IMG/VR virus record: IMGVR_UViG_3300010049_000009
Location: 160,001 to 224,000 of that record
Length of the DNA: 64,000 bases
Strand: one strand, 5' to 3'
Origin: a virus
Lineage: Duplodnaviria; Heunggongvirae; Uroviricota; Caudoviricetes
The notes under the pieces were generated by a model. The model was not told the origin of the DNA, did no database searches, and saw only the letters and a list, made by a program, of their open reading frames with translations. How positions within the stretch are numbered: position 1 is the first letter of the stretch; each line of letters starts with the position of its first letter. A program made the translations under genes and the position numbers. This document shows, piece by piece, positions 38,554-46,157 of the stretch.

Positions 38554-39366
38554 ATGAATCAAGTAAAAGAAGAATTAAAAGATGATGTAAAAACCGAAAT
38601 AAAAAGGTTTGTATATGACCACAGAGAAATCTGTGAGGGATTACCGATAGAAGATATTATGTCTATGTGTTTTTTGGGTGGTATGAAAACCGCCACAAAT
38701 AAAATAGAAAAAATGGAAAAAGATTTTTTGAAAGTTTTCAAACAAGGTGGTGAAAAACCCAAAAAGAGTTTGAAAGATATTAACATTCTTATTGTGGATG
38801 ATAACCTCATCAACCAAAGAATTATTCTTTTAAGTCTTCAAAAAATAGTTGGTAGTATCCACGTAGCAAATGACGGAAGAGAATGTATTAAAAAATTTCA
38901 AGACTTTGCCGCTTGGGGACAATTCTTTGACGTTATATTAATGGATATTACAATGCCCCATTGGAACGGTTATGAAACAACACAAAGAATTAGAGCAATT
39001 GAATCACACTCCGGTTATAAACCCACCCCCATTATCGGTTTAAGTACAAACGAAAACAATAAGGTAGATGGGTTGGAAAGTTGTCTTAACGCAGGAATGA
39101 ATGATTTCATTTGTAAACCATTTCAAGTTGATAGGTTGGTTGAAAAAATAGTAAATTTAACAATAAAACCTGAAACCCCACAAGAAGAACGGGAAGAAGA
39201 AATAAAAATGTGTCCGAAATGGGAATTGGAAAGAGAAATGATTATTGATAGAATCAATTATCTCAAAAAAGAAAATGATTTTCTTCAAAAGCGTTTTGAT
39301 TACAATATGACCCAAATAAAGGGGTATCAAAATTTTATTATGGATAGTGAAGAATTTCCTTGGTAA
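38554..39366 (+). CDS. response-regulator receiver domain protein
   Basis: ILIVDDN, DVILMDITMPHWNGYE, PIIGLS, AGMNDFICKPF: intact CheY-like residues. Confidence 0.88.
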   Translation: MNQVKEELKDDVKTEIKRFVYDHREICEGLPIEDIMSMCFLGGMKTATNKIEKMEKDFLKVFKQGGEKPKKSLKDINILIVDDNLINQRIILLSLQKIVGSIHVANDGRECIKKFQDFAAWGQFFDVILMDITMPHWNGYETTQRIRAIESHSGYKPTPIIGLSTNENNKVDGLESCLNAGMNDFICKPFQVDRLVEKIVNLTIKPETPQEEREEEIKMCPKWELEREMIIDRINYLKKENDFLQKRFDYNMTQIKGYQNFIMDSEEFPW

Positions 39367-39400
39367 TATTATTCTGAATATGATTTTAAATTTTTATAGT

Positions 39401-39428
39401 AAACCCACTAACTTTTTAGTGGGTTTTT
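39401..39428 (+). terminator. intrinsic terminator
   Basis: aaacccactaa/ttagtgggttt followed by a T run. Confidence 0.8.
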
Positions 39429-39436
39429 GTTTCCAC

Positions 39437-39456
39437 AGGATCGGATAAATATGTAA
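39437..39456 (+). promoter_or_regulatory. AGGATCGGA...TGTAA intergenic motif (copy 3)
   Basis: between the terminator and the first gene of the NAD operon. Confidence 0.5.
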
Positions 39457-39494
39457 TTTTTTTATTAAACGTTAAACCAAAAAAAAATAACAAA

Positions 39495-40325
39495 ATGATT
39501 TTAGTAAATGGTAAAAAGGTAGAAATCGAAGTCTTTCCCAATAAGGAAAGTAAAATTAAAGACTTCATTATTGGCGACAACAATGTCGTTGATTTTTATT
39601 ATGAAGATGATAAAGATTTTGTTCACTTGGCGTTTGTGAAGTGGGATATTGATAACAACACAATCACAAGCGAAAATACATTAAGAGTAATGTATATGCC
39701 ATACAGTCGTATGGATAGAAAAATGGCATCAAACGATGTTCATTCGTTGCCGTATGCGTGTAAACTCATAAACAATCTGAAATTTGATAAAGTGATTGTG
39801 CTTGAACCACACTCACAAGAATCAATTAGGTTGTTAAAAAACGCTACTGCAAAATATCCTGTTTTAGAATGGGTTGATAGAATTGTTGAAGAAACAAATT
39901 TTGACAAAAAGACAGATTGTATTGTTTTTCCTGATTATGGTGCAATAGATCGTTATAAAGCGGAAAGGATAACAAAAGAGTTCAATTATGTTTTCTTCAA
40001 GAAAAAACGAGATGAGGCAACAGGGTGGATAACGGATATGGAACTTGAAGAAGTATTACCAAATGGGTGTAAGAGAGCAATCATAATTGACGATTTATGT
40101 AGTTTCGGTGGAACATTTTTCAAAGCAGGAATTATTCTTCGAGGATTGGGTGTAGAAGATGTTACCTTGGTTGTAACCCACCTTGAAAATTCTGTATTTC
40201 AAGGAAAATTGTTAGAAAAAGGTGTTTCCCCGATAAATCGAATATACACAAGTAACTCTGTTATCAGAGATAAAATTTGTGATTTCATTGAAAGAATTAA
40301 TGTTTTACCCATAAATTTTGAATAA
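39495..40325 (+). CDS. ribose-phosphate pyrophosphokinase-like protein (candidate ADPR-PP synthetase, Adps)
   Basis: FPNKE, MPYSRMDRK, EPHS, VFPDYGA, KKRD, IIDDLCSFGGTF, VTH. Confidence 0.85.
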   Translation: MILVNGKKVEIEVFPNKESKIKDFIIGDNNVVDFYYEDDKDFVHLAFVKWDIDNNTITSENTLRVMYMPYSRMDRKMASNDVHSLPYACKLINNLKFDKVIVLEPHSQESIRLLKNATAKYPVLEWVDRIVEETNFDKKTDCIVFPDYGAIDRYKAERITKEFNYVFFKKKRDEATGWITDMELEEVLPNGCKRAIIIDDLCSFGGTFFKAGIILRGLGVEDVTLVVTHLENSVFQGKLLEKGVSPINRIYTSNSVIRDKICDFIERINVLPINFE

Positions 40326-40326
40326 T

Positions 40327-41907
40327 ATGTTTGAATTTGAAAAATTAGACAAAAACCCTATTTTGTGGACAGACGGATATAAGGTGTGTCACAAAGATCA
40401 ATATCCTGCGGGGTTGTCGTGGGTGTACCAAACATGGACACCAAGAAAATCAAGGGTTCCCGGTGTTAATCACGTTTGTTTCTTCGGATTACAAGGTGCG
40501 TTAGGTGAAATGACACAATCATTCAAGGAAAACTTTTTTGAAAGAGATGTGGAATTTGTTGTTAAATCCTATGAGGAAGAAATCAAAAACATTTTTTGGG
40601 AAACAAATCGTCATTTTGTGGATAACCACAAATCTACCCACATAAGGGAACTTCATAAGTTGGGATATTTACCTATCAGGGTTAAAGCACTACCCGAAGG
40701 GGCGTTTGTACCAATTGGTTGCCCAATGTTTACCATTGAAAATACATTACCGAATTTTTATTGGTTGCCCGGTTATTTAGAAACTCAATTATCTGCGTAT
40801 ATTTGGCAGCCAATGACAGCGGCAACCACAGCAGATTTTTACCGCCGAATATTAAGCCACTATGCTGCGCTAACAACCGATGATATTAGCAGAGTATTTT
40901 TTCAAGCGGGGGATTTCTCAATGCGTGGTATGCCAAGCCCGGAAGTTGGATACAGAACAGGTGCAGGACACTTAACAAGTTTTGGTGTGTCAGCAACGAT
41001 TTCAGCAAGAAAATATTTGAGAACGTTTTATGATGCGGATTATGATGTAATGCGATACACACCTTCAACCGAACACTCTGTTATGTGTAGTTACGGTGAA
41101 AAGGAAATTGAAGCATTTCGTCATTTGATTACCGTGGTTCATCCAAGCGGAAACCTATCTATTGTTTCAGACACTTATGATTTTTGGAACATTGTGGATG
41201 TAGTTCTTCCCGCATTGAAAAAGGAAATAATGAACCGTCATGGTAAAATATTAATTCGCCCCGACAGCGGAGAACCGGTTGATATTATTTGTGGTAAAGT
41301 GGTTTATATGGTAGATGATAAAGGAAATAAATGTAAAGCACAACCTGAGTCTGAATCTATTGAAAAGGGTTTAGTAGAACGTTTGTGGGAAATTTTTGGT
41401 GGTATCGTCAACCACAAAGGTTTTAGAGAACTTGATCCACACATAGGGGTTGTTTATGGTGATTCCATTACCCCCGATAGAGCAATAAGAATTTGTAAGG
41501 GTTTAATGTCCAAAGGTTTTGCAACAATTAATGCGATTTTGGGTATTGGTAGTTTCACTTATCAATACAACACAAGGGATACGTTTGGTTTTGCTCTAAA
41601 AGGTACTGCCGAAATAGAATATGAAACCTTCAAAATGATTTTCAAAAACCCAAAAACTGATAACGACAACTTCAAAAAATCCCAAAAGGGTATGGTCGCT
41701 GTTATTTGGAATAACATTAAAGAAGATTGGGAAATGAAAGATTGTTTAACACCGGAAGATGTTGAGGTTATGGGTGAAACCAATTGCTTACGTGATTTCT
41801 ACATTGACGGTAAATTTGTTTACATTAATAAGTTTGATGCAATCAGAGATCGTATTAAATATGAGTCGAATAGAATTTATAAATCTAAACCCGAATTATA
41901 CCAATGA
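40327..41907 (+). CDS. NAMPT-family transferase (candidate Namat-like)
   Basis: TDGYKVCH, FFGLQ, DFSMRG, STEHSV, SIVSDTYD, IRPDSG, YGDSIT, GIGSFTYQYNTRDTFGFA, KKSQKG. Confidence 0.9.
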   Translation: MFEFEKLDKNPILWTDGYKVCHKDQYPAGLSWVYQTWTPRKSRVPGVNHVCFFGLQGALGEMTQSFKENFFERDVEFVVKSYEEEIKNIFWETNRHFVDNHKSTHIRELHKLGYLPIRVKALPEGAFVPIGCPMFTIENTLPNFYWLPGYLETQLSAYIWQPMTAATTADFYRRILSHYAALTTDDISRVFFQAGDFSMRGMPSPEVGYRTGAGHLTSFGVSATISARKYLRTFYDADYDVMRYTPSTEHSVMCSYGEKEIEAFRHLITVVHPSGNLSIVSDTYDFWNIVDVVLPALKKEIMNRHGKILIRPDSGEPVDIICGKVVYMVDDKGNKCKAQPESESIEKGLVERLWEIFGGIVNHKGFRELDPHIGVVYGDSITPDRAIRICKGLMSKGFATINAILGIGSFTYQYNTRDTFGFALKGTAEIEYETFKMIFKNPKTDNDNFKKSQKGMVAVIWNNIKEDWEMKDCLTPEDVEVMGETNCLRDFYIDGKFVYINKFDAIRDRIKYESNRIYKSKPELYQ

Positions 41908-42719
41908 AACACTCAAATTTTTTTATAACAGACGAAAACGTTAGTCAGTATATCCACGCCATAGGATTGTGGTTAAAAAAGAAAGTGGGTAAAAAGGGGG
42001 TTGTACTTGGAATGAGTGGTGGTATTGATTGTGCTGTCGTTGCTCGATTATGTCAAACAGCGGGGGTTGATTGTCACTTAATAATGTTACCCTGTGGTTA
42101 CGCTATGGTAAGTGATAAAAGTTATGATCATGCAAAGGAATTGATAAATCAATTTGAGTTTCGTTGGCACGAGTGGGATATTACAAATACATTTAACACC
42201 CTTTGTTATATACCTGACGGTGATGAAAGAGAGTTATCTGACAAAGAACGGTTAGTGTATGCAAACACAAAAGCGCGTATCCGAATGACATATCTTTATC
42301 AATGGGCACAATTGAATGGTCGTTTGGTAATAGGCACAAGTAACCTATCAGAAAGATATGTTGGGTATTGCACCAAGTGGGGTGATATGGGTAGTGACCT
42401 AAACCCATTAGGAAATTTAACCAAGCGGGAAGTTTATATACTTGCCAAATGGTTGGAAGTACCTGATTGTATTATCAACAAACCACCTTCTGCTGGTTTG
42501 TGGGTAGGACAAACCGACGAAGAAGAATTGGGATTCACTTATGAACAACTTGATGATTTCATTATGAATGGTAGTTCGGGTTGCCAAAGAGTTGATGACG
42601 CTATTTTGACAAGAAATGAAATGGCTCAACATAAAATACACCCCATACCACTATTTGGACCAAATGGATTTGAATACGAAGATTATTGTAAAACAAATAA
42701 CGGATTGTTAAACCCTTAA
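41904..42719 (+). CDS. nadE: ammonia-dependent NAD+ synthetase
   Basis: VLGMSGGIDC, NTKARIRM, GYCTKWGD, KPPSAGLW..QTDEEELG, HK; no glutaminase domain. Confidence 0.92.
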   Translation: MKHSNFFITDENVSQYIHAIGLWLKKKVGKKGVVLGMSGGIDCAVVARLCQTAGVDCHLIMLPCGYAMVSDKSYDHAKELINQFEFRWHEWDITNTFNTLCYIPDGDERELSDKERLVYANTKARIRMTYLYQWAQLNGRLVIGTSNLSERYVGYCTKWGDMGSDLNPLGNLTKREVYILAKWLEVPDCIINKPPSAGLWVGQTDEEELGFTYEQLDDFIMNGSSGCQRVDDAILTRNEMAQHKIHPIPLFGPNGFEYEDYCKTNNGLLNP

Positions 42720-42730
42720 ATTTTAATAAA

Positions 42731-43261
42731 ATGAAAAATAAAATATTAATAGTAGTTGATATGCAGAATGATTTCTGCGGTGAAGGTGGTGTATTAACCA
42801 CCAAAGAAGCACAAGAAATTATACCGGTAGTTAAACAAAAAATAAAGGAGTATGATGGTAGTGTAGTATATTTTACAGCGGATACCCATTATGACAACTA
42901 CCTTGAAACACCGGAGGGTAAGGCGTTACCCGTACCACACTGTATTGAAGGAACATGGGGTCATAAAATTTATGAGGGTTTGGCAGACCCCGATAATATG
43001 CAACATTACCCCTTTCAAAAAGAAACCTTTGGGACATTCTTTTGGTTAAATGTACCATTGTTTCAAAAATATGAAACGGAAGAGGTTGAGTTATGTGGAT
43101 TATGTACAGACATTTGTGTTATCACAAACGCGCTTATTATAAAAACAGCGTTTCCCCATTTGAAAGTTACTGTGGATATAAAAGCATGTGCGGGTGTAAC
43201 CCCCGAAACCCATAATGCTGCGCTGTCAGTAATGAGAATGTGTCAAATCAATGTGATATGA
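42731..43261 (+). CDS. pncA: nicotinamidase (isochorismatase family)
   Basis: VVDMQNDF, DTH and PHC metal ligands, KETFG, GLCTDICV catalytic Cys. Confidence 0.85.
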   Translation: MKNKILIVVDMQNDFCGEGGVLTTKEAQEIIPVVKQKIKEYDGSVVYFTADTHYDNYLETPEGKALPVPHCIEGTWGHKIYEGLADPDNMQHYPFQKETFGTFFWLNVPLFQKYETEEVELCGLCTDICVITNALIIKTAFPHLKVTVDIKACAGVTPETHNAALSVMRMCQINVI

Positions 43262-44055
43262 AACTAATCAAACATAGTGCGAGTCCGATATTTGGACCTA
43301 TTGGATACAACCCCCCTGTGGAAGAGGGGGGTCCCAATAAAAATGACCTTCTGAATGATGTGTATCGCCAAATAAATATGATTGGTATTTTATGTAATGA
43401 TAAATCACAAACTTGGGATATATGTAATCATGGTGCAGTATATTTAAGAAGAACACACCCTGAAACCAAGTGGAGTAATGAGTGGTTATACAAATACAAA
43501 AATAACCATTATTCAAGAGTAAGAAATGATAATAACGGTTATAGTCTTAATGTTACAACCAACTATCGCACACTTTTAGAACATGGGTGGACAGAAGATA
43601 TTGAATATATTTGTTCACCAACAAAAGACCATGAAAAAATGGTATCGGTTCGGTTTGGTACGGATAGAAACACCGCAATTACATTAATGGATAATGATTT
43701 GTTTTTCATAACAACACAAAAGGATCGGATACTTGAACGCGATATATATTTCATTCAACCAAATTGGATAAGTGATGAAAATTTAAACGCATACGAACCA
43801 AGTTCTTCTGTTAAAGAATTTGTGGAAGGGTTAGAAATTGCTGAAAACAAATATTTTGAAATAATAGATTGTGGTGTGGAACACGAAGAGGCTGTAAACA
43901 TTTTACCAACGGCACTCCATACCGAATTTGTTATGACAGGTTTTGTATCCAATTGGATTAAGTTTTTTACCCCAATAGAAAAATATTCTGATACAGTGCG
44001 TTTAAACATCATTGAACCACTTATTGAAAAGTTTAAGGGTTATGGGTATATGTAA
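43258..44055 (+). CDS. ThyX (flavin-dependent thymidylate synthase)-like protein with a degenerate active site
   Basis: HGAVYL, VTTNYRTL, VSVRF.TDR and ILPTALHTEFVMTG..SNW..FF resemble phage ThyX; the RHR-x7-S motif is absent. Confidence 0.6.
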   Translation: MKLIKHSASPIFGPIGYNPPVEEGGPNKNDLLNDVYRQINMIGILCNDKSQTWDICNHGAVYLRRTHPETKWSNEWLYKYKNNHYSRVRNDNNGYSLNVTTNYRTLLEHGWTEDIEYICSPTKDHEKMVSVRFGTDRNTAITLMDNDLFFITTQKDRILERDIYFIQPNWISDENLNAYEPSSSVKEFVEGLEIAENKYFEIIDCGVEHEEAVNILPTALHTEFVMTGFVSNWIKFFTPIEKYSDTVRLNIIEPLIEKFKGYGYM

Positions 44056-44091
44056 AAAATAAAAGTTATTAATCATTAAAAAAAAATAGTT

Positions 44092-44274
44092 ATGCGTAAA
44101 AATAGAAAACACAACCACATTAGAAGATGGGCAAAAAACAATGGATTTAAAGTCAATGAAGAACATCAATTAGTGGTAATTAAGGAAGGAAGAGAATTAT
44201 CCTTCGGGTGGATTGAAAACGTTCCTACCGAAGTTCGTGATTGTGCAGTAAAACATTTTTTAGAAACGGAATAA
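44092..44274 (+). CDS. hypothetical protein
   Basis: 60-aa ORF. Confidence 0.5.
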   Translation: MRKNRKHNHIRRWAKNNGFKVNEEHQLVVIKEGRELSFGWIENVPTEVRDCAVKHFLETE

Positions 44275-44276
44275 AT

Positions 44277-44660
44277 ATGGCAATTGAAATTTTAAGTGTG
44301 GGTCGAAAAGGAAATAAAGTTCCACCACAATATATAGAATTTGAAACACCAACACACATGTTGTTTCAATGTGAGTGTTGTACCGCATCTTGGATAGCGG
44401 ATAAAGATAGTTTTTTTGTTGAACGTGGCGAGTATTGGGAGGCGTTTTTCTGTCCTTGTCCAACTTGTAGAATGGTGGTAACAAAATTTTGGGAACCATT
44501 AAACAGTGCCACAGTTGATAGTATAACTAGTTTCGCATTTAAAGGTGGACATAAGTTTGTATATGGGATTATCGAAAGAGTTGAAACCTCTACACCACCA
44601 AGAAAACCATTGGAAGTTTTTATCACAGAAAACACCAAAACCACAGAGGAGGTATCATGA
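44277..44660 (+). CDS. zinc-ribbon hypothetical protein
   Basis: CECC...CPCPTC. Confidence 0.55.
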   Translation: MAIEILSVGRKGNKVPPQYIEFETPTHMLFQCECCTASWIADKDSFFVERGEYWEAFFCPCPTCRMVVTKFWEPLNSATVDSITSFAFKGGHKFVYGIIERVETSTPPRKPLEVFITENTKTTEEVS

Positions 44661-44842
44661 AAGGTTGTATTAGAAGATTTTTTTGTTGGCACGACTACGA
44701 CTCCGAAGGTATTGGTTGGGAAAAAGAAGAAATGTATAAAATCCGTGACGGTAATCAACACATTTCAAAAACGTGGTTGTGGCGAATTATGAAGTGCAAA
44801 AAGTGTGGTAATTACACGACAGTCAAAATAGACATTGTATAA
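44657..44842 (+). CDS. small Cys/His hypothetical protein
   Basis: FCWHDY...CKKCG; ATGA overlap. Confidence 0.55.
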   Translation: MKGCIRRFFCWHDYDSEGIGWEKEEMYKIRDGNQHISKTWLWRIMKCKKCGNYTTVKIDIV

Positions 44843-44874
44843 AAAAATGGGATGACAAATATCATCCCATTTTT
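44843..44874. terminator. bidirectional intrinsic terminator
   Basis: aaaaatgggatga/tcatcccattttt between convergent genes. Confidence 0.8.
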
Positions 44875-44894
44875 ATTTTTATAGTATTCGGAAT

Positions 44895-45671
44895 TTAATC
44901 CCACACGTCAAGAATTTTAGATATAACAGGATTCCTAATAATATCCTCATTTCCAAATTCTATTATTCCAACCTCATCCACACCTTGAAGTTTTTCCATA
45001 GCATATTTAACACCAATCATATCTTTATTTTTCTTTATTTTTTCGTTGTCGCATTGCTCAACGTCTGATAAAATAATGTATTTGCTGTTGCTTCCGATTC
45101 TTGTAAGAATAGTTTTTATAGCAGATTTTGAATATTGCTGCGCCTCGTCAATCACCACAATAGAATTATCAATATTTACACCTCTTAAAAACGAAATGTG
45201 ATTATAAACAATGTAGTTACATTTTCTTAATTCTTCTAATATTTCCCTTGAATCTCTTCTATTTTCCGACAAATTCAATATTTTTTTTATGTTGTACCAA
45301 GTAGGTTCCAAGAATGGTGCGATTTTATCATCAACGCTTCCTTTTAAGAAACCCAATTCTAATTCGCTCTGAACAGTTTGTGCTATCAATAGTATTTGAC
45401 GATACGGATTATCTTTCTTTTTAAGAATATCCAACGCCGCTGATAGACCTACAAATGACTTACCGGAACCCGCCGACCCCTGACAAAATATTATTTCTTT
45501 GTCGTGGATTAGGCGATAGAAATCTTTTTGTTTTTCATTCTTCGCCTTGAAGTTGATTTTGTAATTTAGTGCCTCATAACAGAATTTTCTTTCTGAATAA
45601 GTTTCACTTGGAGAGGTATACATAGATAGTTCCTCTTCCATTTCTCTTGTCCACTTCTTTTTCCTTACCAT
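44895..45671 (-). CDS. phoH: PhoH-family ATPase
   Basis: KNEKQ, GSAGSGKS, LGFLKG, FLRG, IDEAQ, LTRIG, QCD, DIIRN. Confidence 0.92.
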   Translation of the reverse strand: MVRKKKWTREMEEELSMYTSPSETYSERKFCYEALNYKINFKAKNEKQKDFYRLIHDKEIIFCQGSAGSGKSFVGLSAALDILKKKDNPYRQILLIAQTVQSELELGFLKGSVDDKIAPFLEPTWYNIKKILNLSENRRDSREILEELRKCNYIVYNHISFLRGVNIDNSIVVIDEAQQYSKSAIKTILTRIGSNSKYIILSDVEQCDNEKIKKNKDMIGVKYAMEKLQGVDEVGIIEFGNEDIIRNPVISKILDVWD

Positions 45672-45694
45672 AACTGATATTTTTATAATATTAT

Positions 45695-45793
45695 TAATCG
45701 TATGAAAAATAACAGAAAAAGGGTATCAACCCAATTAATGTCTTGACACCCTTTAATTTATATTTTATTATTACAATTATTTTCATACGATTA
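45695..45793. repeat. nested inverted repeats in the phoH leader
   Basis: 14-bp perfect arms at 45695-45708 / 45780-45793 enclose 12-bp arms at 45718-45729 / 45743-45754. Confidence 0.75.
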
Positions 45794-45847
45794 TAAATAG
45801 CTTTCAGATGGTAGTATTGGAAAAATAAAATTGAAATCCTATTTATA
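45792..45847. promoter_or_regulatory. divergent putative late promoters
   Basis: CTATTTATA on - (45792-45800) and on + (45839-45847). Confidence 0.65.
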
Positions 45848-45866
45848 GAAAATAAGAAATATTATA

Positions 45867-46073
45867 ATGGATATACAAATTTTAAGAATGGGTAGAATAC
45901 CCAAAGATAAAACAACAAAAGGTGAAGCACTTCCTCCACTAACGTTTGTGTGTAGTTATTGCGACTGCAAATGGTGTGTAAAATTTGACGAAAAAGGAAG
46001 AACCTGTTCAACAGAATATTATACTTGTACTTGCCCAACCTGTAAATGTAGTAGTTTTCTTCCGATAAAATAA
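45867..46073 (+). CDS. small zinc-ribbon protein
   Basis: CSYCDCKW...CTCPTC; similar Cys pattern to 44277-44660. Confidence 0.55.
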   Translation: MDIQILRMGRIPKDKTTKGEALPPLTFVCSYCDCKWCVKFDEKGRTCSTEYYTCTCPTCKCSSFLPIK

Positions 46074-46117
46074 ATAAACACTTTCTTTACCGTTAATTGC
46101 AAAGTGAAATTTTTCTG

Positions 46118-46126
46118 CTATTTATA
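46118..46126 (+). promoter_or_regulatory. putative late promoter CTATTTATA
   Basis: 31 nt upstream of the tail sheath ATG. Confidence 0.72.
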
Positions 46127-46157
46127 TATAAAATAATATAAATAAAAGAATAATAAA

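Noticed and set aside
38554-39495. Receiver-domain gene as part of the NAD operon
   Set aside because: An intrinsic terminator (39401-39428) and a separate upstream motif lie between them.
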